Of a stretch of DNA of 64,000 nucleotides, positions 40,348 through 50,266 are shown piece after piece. Source of the stretch: a virus; IMG/VR virus record IMGVR_UViG_3300022226_000003, positions 13,535-77,534 of that record; one strand, given 5' to 3'. Numbering within the stretch: position 1 is the stretch's first letter; every line of letters starts with the position of its first letter. A program made the position numbers and the translations under genes. The notes beneath the pieces were generated by a model. That model was not told the DNA's origin. It saw only the letters and a program-made list of their open reading frames with translations, and did no database searches.

Positions 40348-40893
40348 ATGAAATACGAATATGTCTTATATCTGAGGCACGATACATCGAAAGATGAAAT
40401 TATAGCAACAGCCTTCAATCCCCAAGAGATACTTAAACAATGGGGAGCCCGAGAGCAAGGAGCTTTTGCTCATAGCTGGTATCAGCTAGTTATCAACGAC
40501 TATTGTACAGGTGAACAGTTAGCAGCATACCTGGATCTAGAGCGTTTTGCGTCAAGTGTTTGGTTTCATAATGATAAAGACCCTCACAAAGAAATGCTAA
40601 AAAATACACCCAGTAAAGATCCCGTAAACCCCAGTCACTATCAAAGATTTGTAATGGATCTTCAATGGATTGAAACGAAGCAATATACTAGTATGAATTT
40701 CGAAGCAGCTATTCAATTACAAGTCGAAAAATATCTAGATCGCTTAGGTAAAAAGGACGAGGAAATACAAGAACTAAAGAAAGCTTTTTGGTATCTTGGT
40801 TTTTGGATAGCATATAAAATTAATGATAAAAAGCCAATTAAAGTTAAAGATATCCCTGAATTACTTGATATAAGCAATATCTGGAAAGGTTAA
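40348..40893 (+). CDS. DUF3310-like domain protein
   Basis: DPVNPSHY...KYLDRLGKK...ELKKAFWYL. Confidence 0.7.
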   Translation: MKYEYVLYLRHDTSKDEIIATAFNPQEILKQWGAREQGAFAHSWYQLVINDYCTGEQLAAYLDLERFASSVWFHNDKDPHKEMLKNTPSKDPVNPSHYQRFVMDLQWIETKQYTSMNFEAAIQLQVEKYLDRLGKKDEEIQELKKAFWYLGFWIAYKINDKKPIKVKDIPELLDISNIWKG

Positions 40894-40895
40894 AA

Positions 40896-42890
40896 ATGCG
40901 ATTAGTATTTGACATCGAGACCAATTCGCTATTACCTGCATTAAAGAGAATGTGGTTGTTAATAGCACAAGATACTAAATTCAAAATTAAATATGAATAT
41001 TTTGAAAATGATTTTGGCTGGAAGAAACTTTTCGAAAAAGCTCAAGTAGTAATAGGCCACAATATTTTAGGGTTTGACGTTCCTGCTTTGAAGAAACTAT
41101 TTAATTATGAGTTTCCAAAAAGCGTAGTTTTTCATGATACAGCTCTGATGTCCAGAATTTTAGATTACCGAAGATTCGGACACCGTAGCCATTCTCTGGA
41201 AGTTTGGGGTGAAATGCTGGGAGACCCTAAAGGTAAGTTTATTGAATACGGCGGTTGGGATCCCGAAAAATCTATCTATTCCAGTGAAGAAGAATGGTCT
41301 GAAGCAATGCACCTCTATTGCGCGCAAGATGTAAATGTCAATATTCAAATTTATGAAATACTGCTAGCAGAGTTTAGTGCTCTTGCTAAAAGAAATCCTT
41401 TCATAAAAACCTATATGACGGCAGAACACTATGCGGCAAGATGGCAAGCCACAGCACAATTACATGGTTGGCCTTTTAATGTGGAAGCTGCCAAAAAGCT
41501 ATTTGAAGAAATTGACGAAAAGTTAAATGCAACCAGGGAACTATTGGAACCGAGGCTTGGAATAAAAGTAATTGCAAAAGATAAAGCAAATCGCAAAGTT
41601 GAAACAAAGAAACCTGCTTGGACAAAAGATGGTTACTATGCTAAACGTACAGCTGATTGGTTTAATATCCCTGTACAATGTGGTTTTGAGATGGACAGAG
41701 AGGAGGCTCTGGAAATACTGGAAATGGATCCTCAAGACCAGTCTGATGAACTCATTGTTCTTGCTGAAGAAATATTAGAGTATGGCTCAAGACCTATTAT
41801 CGGGGAATATTGTCGTGTGGAATTTCAGCCCAGATCACTAACTTCACCTTCGGACGTCAAAGATTTTCTATTTGAACAGGGGTGGGAGCCGTCTGAGTGG
41901 AACACAAAGAGGGATGAAGAAACGGGCGAAATAATAAAAACTTCACCAAAGATATCTGATGACGATCTCGAACTTCTAGGTGGAGACGGTGCTTTGTATA
42001 ACGAATTCAAATCACTCGCTTCCAGGCACAGTATCATAGCTACTTGGATAGCGGAAGTTGATGAGAATGGAATGCTACACGGTGAATCGCATCTAGTTGG
42101 AACACCGAGTATGCGAACTCGACATCAAATCATTGTAAATGTTCCTACAGCTGAAAAGCCTTATGGCAAAGAAATGAGATCATTGTTCCACGCATTACCC
42201 AATTGGAAATTGATTGGAGCGGACTCTTCAGGTAATCAAGCAAGGGGCCTGGCCTTTTACTTAGGCGATAAGGAATTTATTGATGTTATTTTGAATAAAG
42301 ATATTCATGAGTACAATAAAGAAAAGCTTAATGATGTATTAGAAGAAATGGGTTACGGTCGGCCAGTTACTAGAGACCAAGCGAAAAGAGTTTTATATGC
42401 TTTTCTTTTCGGTGCATCAGGAATGAAGCTATGGAGCTATATCTTCGGTGTAGCAAAAATAAAAGAAGGGAATACTCTTAAAAGAGGCTTCGTGAAAGCC
42501 GTCCCCGGATTTAAAGACCTGATAGATAAATTGGAGAATATTTATGGCGCAACTTCTAAGGAAGGATATGGCTATATTCCTTCTCTGGCAGGTAATAAGA
42601 TATATGTGGACTCGTTCCATAAGTTACTTGTGTACTTGTTACAAAGCCTTGAGAAAATAACTTGCAGTACTTCTTTAATGCTGACAATGCAAAGGCTGGA
42701 AGCTGAAAACATACCTTATATTCCGTTGATGTATTATCATGATGAAATAGACTTTATGACACCTGATGAATACGCAGAACGTGCTTCGGAAATAAGTGAA
42801 CAAGCTTTTACTGATGGGCCTAAGCTATACGGTATTGATATTATGGCAGGTCAAGGAAAAATAGGAGATACATGGTATGAAATTCACTAA
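40896..42890 (+). CDS. Family A DNA polymerase, T7 gp5-like, with 3'-5' exonuclease
   Basis: FDIETN, GHNILGFD, YCAQDV; DSSGNQAR, RDQAKRVLYAFLFG, YHDE. Confidence 0.93.
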   Translation: MRLVFDIETNSLLPALKRMWLLIAQDTKFKIKYEYFENDFGWKKLFEKAQVVIGHNILGFDVPALKKLFNYEFPKSVVFHDTALMSRILDYRRFGHRSHSLEVWGEMLGDPKGKFIEYGGWDPEKSIYSSEEEWSEAMHLYCAQDVNVNIQIYEILLAEFSALAKRNPFIKTYMTAEHYAARWQATAQLHGWPFNVEAAKKLFEEIDEKLNATRELLEPRLGIKVIAKDKANRKVETKKPAWTKDGYYAKRTADWFNIPVQCGFEMDREEALEILEMDPQDQSDELIVLAEEILEYGSRPIIGEYCRVEFQPRSLTSPSDVKDFLFEQGWEPSEWNTKRDEETGEIIKTSPKISDDDLELLGGDGALYNEFKSLASRHSIIATWIAEVDENGMLHGESHLVGTPSMRTRHQIIVNVPTAEKPYGKEMRSLFHALPNWKLIGADSSGNQARGLAFYLGDKEFIDVILNKDIHEYNKEKLNDVLEEMGYGRPVTRDQAKRVLYAFLFGASGMKLWSYIFGVAKIKEGNTLKRGFVKAVPGFKDLIDKLENIYGATSKEGYGYIPSLAGNKIYVDSFHKLLVYLLQSLEKITCSTSLMLTMQRLEAENIPYIPLMYYHDEIDFMTPDEYAERASEISEQAFTDGPKLYGIDIMAGQGKIGDTWYEIH

Positions 42891-43116
42891 TATTAAAAAT
42901 GTTATTATAGTATTGCTATTGAGTGGTTGCGGTACTGATTTACCGTATGATGATGCAGAGCAAATCAATGATGGCAACAATACAAGACCTTTGACAATCG
43001 AAGAGAGGCAGCTCTGTGGTCTTTCTGATAAACGTATTATTGTCGAAATAGTTGAGAATGGAGTAAGTGTAGGGTTTTACACTATCTACTGTAAATACGG
43101 ATATGTTAGGTATTAG
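42877..43116 (+). CDS. Small putative lipoprotein
   Basis: VIIVLLLSGC lipobox-like signal. Confidence 0.5.
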   Translation: MKFTNIKNVIIVLLLSGCGTDLPYDDAEQINDGNNTRPLTIEERQLCGLSDKRIIVEIVENGVSVGFYTIYCKYGYVRY

Positions 43117-43121
43117 CATTC

Positions 43122-43214
43122 GGATGCGAGGCGGATATTGGCTTAAGTCGCACCGGACTGTAAATCCGGATTCTGCTAGACAGGGTGATGGTTCGATTCC
43201 ATCCGCATCCACCA
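43122..43214 (+). tRNA. tRNA-Tyr (GTA)
   Basis: GGATGCG/CGCATCC acceptor; CCGGA-CTGTAAA-TCCGG anticodon arm; long variable arm; GGTTCGATT; CCA end. Confidence 0.9.
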
Positions 43215-43240
43215 CTTAACTTAAAATCAATGGAGACCAA

Positions 43241-43543
43241 ATGAATATTCATATAGTATATTGGAGAGGTTCTACAGAACTCGGTGGCATAGAGCTGAGT
43301 GATTTAAGAATAAATTACAATCTTGCCTCTGAAATGGATTTAATTATAGTCCATAATGACAAACAATTTGTAACATTAAGAGATCGAATGGGAAATAGTA
43401 AAAAACAGCTCTTCCGAGAGGATATGCTCACGGAATTTGTAGCGCAGTGGATTGACGATTGGAGAATGTCAAATCCCCCGGAACCTGATCAAGAGGATGA
43501 CACCACAGATTGGGGCATTGAAAACCAAACAATTGGGGGTTAA
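43241..43543 (+). CDS. Hypothetical protein
   Basis: GGAG RBS. Confidence 0.6.
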   Translation: MNIHIVYWRGSTELGGIELSDLRINYNLASEMDLIIVHNDKQFVTLRDRMGNSKKQLFREDMLTEFVAQWIDDWRMSNPPEPDQEDDTTDWGIENQTIGG

Positions 43544-43669
43544 CATGGATTTAATAGATACGATAATTGTCTCTTCGGTTGTTTCTACTATGATGGTGAT
43601 TATCGTCACATTAGCCTGGAACAAGTAATTAAAACAAAATATTATTTCAGAAATATTAAGGAGAAACCA

Positions 43670-43903
43670 ATGCAATTTGAAAGATTACAAGTTGAAAGAC
43701 AGAAGTATGGTGAGAACAAGGGTAAAGCTACGGGAGCCATCAAATACTCAGACCCTGTAGGAGAGATGACATTAGCTTTATCTGAAAGGCAATGTGATGA
43801 AATCTTGAGAATTATTTCAGATACAATGGTAAGAATGACAAACGATCTTGCTAATAATATGACATCTTCTATCATCACTCAAAAGAGTTTAGGAGTAGAT
43901 TGA
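43670..43903 (+). CDS. Hypothetical protein
   Basis: AGGAG RBS. Confidence 0.6.
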   Translation: MQFERLQVERQKYGENKGKATGAIKYSDPVGEMTLALSERQCDEILRIISDTMVRMTNDLANNMTSSIITQKSLGVD

Positions 43904-43904
43904 T

Positions 43905-44141
43905 ATGGGTATGTTTGATAGAGTAATTGCAGATTGTCCTAATTGTGAAGGTTTTGTGGAATTTCAAAGTAAATCCGGTGATTGCGAGTTGACAACATTT
44001 AATATTATGGCTGTACCTTTGGAAATAGCTCAGGATATCAATTTAGATGAATCAATTTGTGATCATTGTAAATCAAGATTTATTATAAGTAAAATTATTG
44101 ATATAGATACATTGCCGATGCAATTAACGGAGGTAGATTAA
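43905..44141 (+). CDS. Zinc-ribbon protein (MGMFD..CPNC..QSK..CDHC)
   Basis: Two CxxC pairs. Confidence 0.65.
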   Translation: MGMFDRVIADCPNCEGFVEFQSKSGDCELTTFNIMAVPLEIAQDINLDESICDHCKSRFIISKIIDIDTLPMQLTEVD

Positions 44142-44398
44142 TGCCAATACGAGAGAAAGATAATTATCATTATTTCGCATCATCTGGAATTGGTTGGAAT
44201 ACCGGCTCTGATATTCGAAAGGTGCTGGAAATCCGGCGGCAAGAAGATCATCTAATAGCATCGGGCTTTCAAGTTTGGGAAGTTCCCGGTAAAGATAAAG
44301 ATAGTGACTATAAAATAGAATGGTATGCACCACAAGTGGAAGGTGCTAAATCTATTATTGTGGAAGAATACGACTGGTCTAGGAGTAAGAAACGATGA
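44141..44398 (+). CDS. Hypothetical protein
   Basis: GGAGG RBS; coupling. Confidence 0.6.
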   Translation: MPIREKDNYHYFASSGIGWNTGSDIRKVLEIRRQEDHLIASGFQVWEVPGKDKDSDYKIEWYAPQVEGAKSIIVEEYDWSRSKKR

Positions 44399-44592
44399 GT
44401 GAAGATTTAAAAGATGCCACCATTGAAGCTCTCAGAAGGCAGCTCGCCGTGAAAGAGATGGAATTAGAAACCAAGAATGAGCGAATTCATAATTTACTGA
44501 AACAACTCGAAAGCCTAGAATGCAGCAAACAGAATCCCACGTGGGGTGACAGCCCAGCTAAACCTCTCTTTCAACGAAAAGGTAAAACATAG
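44395..44592 (+). CDS. Small coiled-coil protein
   Basis: AGGAG RBS; ATGA overlap. Confidence 0.55.
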   Translation: MSEDLKDATIEALRRQLAVKEMELETKNERIHNLLKQLESLECSKQNPTWGDSPAKPLFQRKGKT

Positions 44593-45429
44593 ATGACAAC
44601 TCTGGTCATAGATGGCGATATATTAGTCCACTTGGCTTGTCGATACGATAGATGGCAAACTAAATGTAAAAAAGAAGGCAAATATTTATTAGTAAATCTA
44701 AATGAGGAGGGTACTAAAGAACATTTAGAATACACTAAAAGAGAAGATGAGAAGTACATGAGGGAGTCATGGGAGAATTTTGAAAAACTGGTAAATACTC
44801 TGGTGGATGAATTATGGGCAATAGGTTACTTCATGGCAGTAAAAGGTGAAGGAAATTTCCGACATGATCTCTATAGTGAATATAAAGCCAATCGCGCCAG
44901 ACAGAAAGAAAAAAGGCCCGACAACCGCAGTAAGTTCGTGAATGCCATAACTAAATTAGCCGTATTGAATGGCTATGCAACTCCAGCAGATGGCATGGAA
45001 GCTGATGACTTAGTGAGAATTAAGGCAGAAGAATTACGTGAATCTGGAGAAGATTTCACGATAGTCACGATAGACAAAGATTTGCGATGTATTCCCGGTA
45101 AATTCTATGATCCAAAAAAGAAAGAACATTTTGAAATATCGGAAGAGGAAGCTACCAAGTTCTATTATGAACAATTGCTGTCAGGGGACTCCTCTGATAA
45201 TATTCCGGGTGTTCCGGGAGTGGGACCAATCAATGCCCAAAAAATGTTAGCTGGAATTAATTCAGAGGAAGAATATCAAGAGATTGTTGTGAGTAATTAT
45301 CTGGCAGCATACGAAGATGATTGGGAAGTTATGCTGGAGCTCAATGGTAAATTACTCTATATTTTAAAAAGTATAGATGACTCTTTTTCAATGGCTGATT
45401 GGCCAATCGTTAAGGAATTAAAGGAGTAA
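44593..45429 (+). CDS. 5'-3' exonuclease, T7 gp6-like
   Basis: IDGD, NFR..YKANR, EADD, DKDL, GDSSDNIPGVPGVG. Confidence 0.92.
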   Translation: MTTLVIDGDILVHLACRYDRWQTKCKKEGKYLLVNLNEEGTKEHLEYTKREDEKYMRESWENFEKLVNTLVDELWAIGYFMAVKGEGNFRHDLYSEYKANRARQKEKRPDNRSKFVNAITKLAVLNGYATPADGMEADDLVRIKAEELRESGEDFTIVTIDKDLRCIPGKFYDPKKKEHFEISEEEATKFYYEQLLSGDSSDNIPGVPGVGPINAQKMLAGINSEEEYQEIVVSNYLAAYEDDWEVMLELNGKLLYILKSIDDSFSMADWPIVKELKE

Positions 45430-45432
45430 TTT

Positions 45433-45768
45433 ATGTATAGTACGTTAACTGTTAAAGGAGTTCTTAGTATGAAAATGCCGTCTGCTAAATCAGGCTATAA
45501 GCCGAAATATAAGTATATGGTGGAGCATTGCAGAACCATCAATGGCAAGATGCTAATTAAGCATTGGATAATGGATAGCTATTCTCAAGCAAGAGACTAT
45601 GCTCACAAGGAACTTCGAAGTGGACTGGGAGGTGATATTTTCAAAGCAAATTCTCTCATCTATACCACAGCATCCTACCGAGAAGGGGTAAGAAAGACAA
45701 AATTCAGCCGTGTATTTGGAGGTCGTTTCGAGCATGTGCTGGTTTTTCGTGTTGAACTTTATCAATGA
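45433..45768 (+). CDS. Hypothetical protein (start may be downstream)
   Basis: Fills the operon gap. Confidence 0.5.
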   Translation: MYSTLTVKGVLSMKMPSAKSGYKPKYKYMVEHCRTINGKMLIKHWIMDSYSQARDYAHKELRSGLGGDIFKANSLIYTTASYREGVRKTKFSRVFGGRFEHVLVFRVELYQ

Positions 45769-46232
45769 TAATTCCGAAAGTAGACAGTAAGCTACCTCGA
45801 TATAATAACGGTAAATGGAAATTTTGCGAACAATTAGATCCCACGAAGTATGTGGGATTTCTATATGTAATTCGAGACAATTACTTAGAACGTTTTTATT
45901 TTGGAAAAAAGAATTTTAAAGTAAAAAGAGGTAAGTTTAAAGGTAAGGAGAGTGATTGGCGTAAATACAACACTTCTTCACCACTCCTTAAAGAACTTTT
46001 TATTGAAAGAGGATTTGAAGAGTTTGAATTCATCGTACTTGAACAATATAAAACACAAGGCACGCTGTCTTATGCAGAAACATGGACTCTATGTGAAGTT
46101 GAAGCACCGACTAATGTTAAATGGTATAATACCAGAATTGAAAAAGTATCGTGGACCGTCAAGGAGCCTATTTCGTCTAGGCACAAAGAAAGACTCCTAA
46201 AAACAATAGCACTGGAGGAGTTTAATGAATAA
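45765..46232 (+). CDS. GIY-YIG-like endonuclease
   Basis: GFLYVI...YFGKK...WRKY..SS...E...YN pattern. Confidence 0.7.
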   Translation: MIIPKVDSKLPRYNNGKWKFCEQLDPTKYVGFLYVIRDNYLERFYFGKKNFKVKRGKFKGKESDWRKYNTSSPLLKELFIERGFEEFEFIVLEQYKTQGTLSYAETWTLCEVEAPTNVKWYNTRIEKVSWTVKEPISSRHKERLLKTIALEEFNE

Positions 46233-46255
46233 ACCACACAAACCAGAGACATCTA

Positions 46256-47905
46256 ATGGGAAAGATTAAAGATAAAAACAATCCTTGTTTGGATCCTGTT
46301 TGTGGATCTAGTGATGCAAGGCAAATATATGAAGATGGTACCTCATTCTGTTTTTCTTGTCAGAAATTTTTTACTGCTAAAGATGAAGAAGATTTCGATA
46401 AAATAGAAGTAGCCCCAACTAAAATAAAAGTAAATCAAGAAAAAATTTTAGAAGATATTAAAGAATACCCAATAAGAGGTTTCAAAGAAAGGAATGTCAC
46501 GAAACGAATTGCAGAATTTTATGATGTGCGTGTGTCTTATGGCACAGATGGTTTCATTGATTCACACTACTATCCATATCCGAAAGGTTACAAAGTAAGG
46601 GGTTTGCCCAAGCACTTTAAATGGTTAGGCAAGTCCGGAGGAATTTTCGGAAAAGATAAATTCAATGCAGGTGGTAGGAAACTAGTAATTTGTGAAGGTG
46701 AGATAGATACCCTGGTTGTTGCTCAAGCTAACTATGACAAGTATAAAAAATTTTATCCAGTGGTGGGGTTATCTTCCGCTTCTGCAACTGAAGAATTATT
46801 AAAAGAAAGAGACTGGTTAAGATCTTTTGAAGAGGTAATCTTGTGTTTTGATGAAGACGCCGCAGGAGAGGAAGCCAGAGAAAGAGCGATAAAAATAATT
46901 GGTATTGATAAGGTTCGATTCACAAAGTTACCTGAGCATGATGCCGATAGAGTATACGCAGAAAAAGGTTCAGACACTCTATTACAATGTATCTGGAATG
47001 CACAAAAGTATATACCTCCGGGCATAATTGGCAAAGAAGAGTTATGGGAATCGTTAGTTAAGTACAATGATACACCCTCTTTTCCATACCCTGAATGTAT
47101 ACACGGATTAAATGAAAAATTAAAAGGAATGAGAGAAGGTGAAATTAGCTTATTTATTTCAGGGACTGGTTCAGGTAAGAGTACACTATTACGAGAGATA
47201 ATGCTACATGTTTTAGAAACAAGTGATGAGAAAATTGGAGTAATTTCATTAGAGGAATCCCCTGCCGAAACTGCTAGGAAGCTAGCGGGGATGGTATTGA
47301 AGAAGAACCCAGCATCTGAAGAAATTCCTTTAGATGAATTGAAAATTGGATTCGATAAAGTCTTTGGTGACGATCGTGTAATAGTGCTCAATCATGGATT
47401 AGAGCTAAATGATAATTCTATAATGGACCAACTTGAATATATGGCATTATCGGGTTGTAAAAAATTATTTATAGATCATATTACAATACTTGTCTCTGAA
47501 GGTATAGACCACTACGAAGGTAATGAAGCGCAAGATCGCATTATGAATGAGTTTGTAAGATTAACAAAACGACACCCAGTATGGATTGGTTTAGTTTCAC
47601 ATTTAAGAAAAGTAATGCCAGGAAGAAAGTCTTTTGAAGAAGGTAAGATGCCGACATTGGATGATATTCGAGGATCAGGTTCCATAAAACAGATTTCCTC
47701 AGATATCATAGCTTTTGCAAGAAACCTGACAGCAGAAGGCGAATTAGAGAGAAATACTATAAAGATGAGTGTTCTCAAAAGTCGTTTCACAGGTCTTACA
47801 GGTCCTGTCCCTAGCTCAGTTTATAAGTTTGATACCGGAAGGTTATTAGCTACGGAACAAGAGTTTGAATTTATTCCTGAAACTCAATTCACAAAATTAC
47901 CCTAG
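46256..47905 (+). CDS. Primase-helicase, T7 gp4-like
   Basis: Zn finger C..CGSSD..CFSC; TOPRIM EGEID and FDED; GTGSGKS; IDHI; RGSGSIKQ; KSRFTG. Confidence 0.95.
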   Translation: MGKIKDKNNPCLDPVCGSSDARQIYEDGTSFCFSCQKFFTAKDEEDFDKIEVAPTKIKVNQEKILEDIKEYPIRGFKERNVTKRIAEFYDVRVSYGTDGFIDSHYYPYPKGYKVRGLPKHFKWLGKSGGIFGKDKFNAGGRKLVICEGEIDTLVVAQANYDKYKKFYPVVGLSSASATEELLKERDWLRSFEEVILCFDEDAAGEEARERAIKIIGIDKVRFTKLPEHDADRVYAEKGSDTLLQCIWNAQKYIPPGIIGKEELWESLVKYNDTPSFPYPECIHGLNEKLKGMREGEISLFISGTGSGKSTLLREIMLHVLETSDEKIGVISLEESPAETARKLAGMVLKKNPASEEIPLDELKIGFDKVFGDDRVIVLNHGLELNDNSIMDQLEYMALSGCKKLFIDHITILVSEGIDHYEGNEAQDRIMNEFVRLTKRHPVWIGLVSHLRKVMPGRKSFEEGKMPTLDDIRGSGSIKQISSDIIAFARNLTAEGELERNTIKMSVLKSRFTGLTGPVPSSVYKFDTGRLLATEQEFEFIPETQFTKLP

Positions 47906-47914
47906 GAGATATTA

Positions 47915-49855
47915 GTGCAATACGCTGACTTACCGAAAATAATAACACCATGGAGCACTGTTGGTTATCTGACTTACAAACGGACCTACTCAAGAAAGTT
48001 TGAAGAAGAGGAAGACTTACTAGCTGCAGACGCTCCCACAGAAGAATTTGAAGATACTATATTAAGAATCATTAATGCATGTGATGAACAATTTAATTGC
48101 GGATTCACCAAACATGAAGAATATAGATTAGCTGAATATTTCTTAAAATTAAAAGGGTCAGTGGCCGGTAGATTTTTATGGCAAGCCGGGACAAAAACAG
48201 TAGATCGATTAGGCCTACCTTCTCTACAGAATTGTGCTTTTGTGGTAATTGATAGCCCGGTAAGACCCTTCACTTGGGCTATGGATATGTTAGCTGTCGG
48301 TGCAGGTGTCGGGTATAATTTACAAAAACACCATATCGACAAACTACCCACAGTTAGACCGTGGTTCAAAGCGCCTACACGTTATAATGATGGCGGTGCT
48401 GACTTCATAGTACCTGATTCAAGGGAAGGTTGGGTAAAGTTATTAGGTAAGGTGCTAAAAGCTGCCTTTCTGTCGAGCAGCCCCGAAAATGGGACTTTTA
48501 CATTTTCAACACAAATGATTAGGAGTAAGGGCGCACCCATTAAAGGATTTGGTGGCACAGCGAGTGGACCAGAAGACCTAGTTTGGGGGATCTCGCAAAT
48601 CTCCGCCTTATTGGAAAAGCGTAGAAATAAAAAGATAAGACCGATAGATGCTCTAGATATTATGAATATAATTGGTCATATTATTGTGGCCGGAAATGTT
48701 AGGCGTTCAGCCCAAATAGCAATTGGCGATCCTGACGATGTTGAATTCTTGCTAGCAAAAAGATGGGACATGGGCACGATACCTAAATGGCGAGCAATGT
48801 CAAATAACAGTGTAGCTTGTGAAGATATTAATGATTTGCATCCTTATTTTTGGCAAGGGTATGAAGGCAGGGGAGAACCTTATGGTTTAATAAATTTACC
48901 TTTGTCGAGATCTTGCGGAAGGTTAGGAGAAACTTGGTATAGCGACCCAGATGTAGAAGGCTATAATCCTTGTGCGGAGCAATCGCTTGTCCCCTATGAG
49001 ACTTGCTGTCTCTCCGAAGTATTCTTGCCTAATATAGAGTCAGAAGCGGAGTTGATGGATATCTGTGAGCTCCTTTATAGGATTAATAAGCATGCAATGA
49101 CACTGGGATCACATTTAAAAGAAACAGAAAAAGTTGTTCATGAAAATTTTAGAATGGGGATAGGGATGACGGGTATCCTTCAAGCCAGCGAAGAGCAAAT
49201 TAGTTGGCTATCTGAAACGTATAGATACTTACGACGTTTCGATGTTAAGTATTCTCATAAACGCGATTTACCGAGGTCAATTAAACTTACAACAGTTAAA
49301 CCAAGTGGAACACTATCCCTACTTCCCGGCGTGACTGCCGGAATACACCCAGGATTCTCTCAGTATATGTACCGGCGAATCACCATAGCCACTGAACACC
49401 CTTTAACGGCGATGTGCAGAGAAAAAGGTTATCCTGTTGAATTTAAGAAAGAGTTTGATGGAAGTGAGAATTATGGGTCATGCATAGTCACATTTCCTTT
49501 TAAATACTCAGAGGGTACCATTCTAGCTGAAGAAATGACGGCAATAAAACAACTTGAGTGGATTCGTAAATTACAAACGGAATGGTCTGACAATAGTGTA
49601 TCCTGTACTGTCTATTACAGTTCTGAAGAGATACCTGAAATAAAGAGATATTTAGAAAAATATTACAAGAGTCATCACAAAAGTCTTTCCTTTATGTTGC
49701 ATCAAGATCATGGCTTCGAACAAGCTCCTTTTGAGAGTATAACAAAAGAAGAGTATGATGCCCTTGTCGCAAAAGTGGAACCAATAACTGAAATTGATTC
49801 CGCAGATTTTGAGCTAAATGATGAATGTGTGGGCGGAATGTGTCCCGTGAGATAA
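47915..49855 (+). CDS. nrdJ: Class II (B12-dependent) ribonucleotide reductase
   Basis: GNVRRSA, NPCAEQ, TTVKPSGT, C-terminal CVGGMCPVR; no beta subunit present. Confidence 0.9.
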   Translation: MQYADLPKIITPWSTVGYLTYKRTYSRKFEEEEDLLAADAPTEEFEDTILRIINACDEQFNCGFTKHEEYRLAEYFLKLKGSVAGRFLWQAGTKTVDRLGLPSLQNCAFVVIDSPVRPFTWAMDMLAVGAGVGYNLQKHHIDKLPTVRPWFKAPTRYNDGGADFIVPDSREGWVKLLGKVLKAAFLSSSPENGTFTFSTQMIRSKGAPIKGFGGTASGPEDLVWGISQISALLEKRRNKKIRPIDALDIMNIIGHIIVAGNVRRSAQIAIGDPDDVEFLLAKRWDMGTIPKWRAMSNNSVACEDINDLHPYFWQGYEGRGEPYGLINLPLSRSCGRLGETWYSDPDVEGYNPCAEQSLVPYETCCLSEVFLPNIESEAELMDICELLYRINKHAMTLGSHLKETEKVVHENFRMGIGMTGILQASEEQISWLSETYRYLRRFDVKYSHKRDLPRSIKLTTVKPSGTLSLLPGVTAGIHPGFSQYMYRRITIATEHPLTAMCREKGYPVEFKKEFDGSENYGSCIVTFPFKYSEGTILAEEMTAIKQLEWIRKLQTEWSDNSVSCTVYYSSEEIPEIKRYLEKYYKSHHKSLSFMLHQDHGFEQAPFESITKEEYDALVAKVEPITEIDSADFELNDECVGGMCPVR

Positions 49856-49908
49856 GCGAAGCTATCCATAAAAAGGACGCCAAGCAATCCTGGGATTTAT
49901 GATAGAAA

Positions 49909-50181
49909 GCACAAGGACGTGCATTTTTATTAGTAGTGGCAGGCGGGGCTCGGTAGAACTGGGTTGATCCCGTAGTGGCAGGAAATGGTGTGGCAGGCAT
50001 GGAGGGTTGGCCTGGGCGAGTTATGGTGTGATCGGTCTGGAGCGGATTGGTTGGAAAGGGTGTGGCAGGCAAGGTTGGCTAGGTAAGGAGCCGCGAGACG
50101 CGAATTGGTTGGAAAGGGCATGGCAGGCGCGGCATGGTGTTGTCAGGGCAAGCTAAGACTAGGCAAGACAAGCCATGGATT
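49909..50181 (+). ncRNA. G-rich (GGY-NN)n array 1 with a 5' GCAC-AAGGAC-GTGC hairpin; candidate guide RNA array
   Basis: 5-nt period; GGCAGG at 49938, 49977, 49992, 50064, 50122; non-coding on + strand. Confidence 0.7.
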
Positions 50182-50266
50182 ATTTAAAATAAATTACTTA
50201 ATATTATATATATCTATAAAGTCGGGGTATATATAATTTTCAATTACGACTTAGGAGAATGATAAA

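Noticed and set aside
49692-50121. Minus-strand ORFs with MPATPFP repeats (49692-50072, 49930-50121)
   Set aside because: By-products of the antisense G-rich array; a 5-nt period is not codon-compatible and all credible genes are on the + strand.
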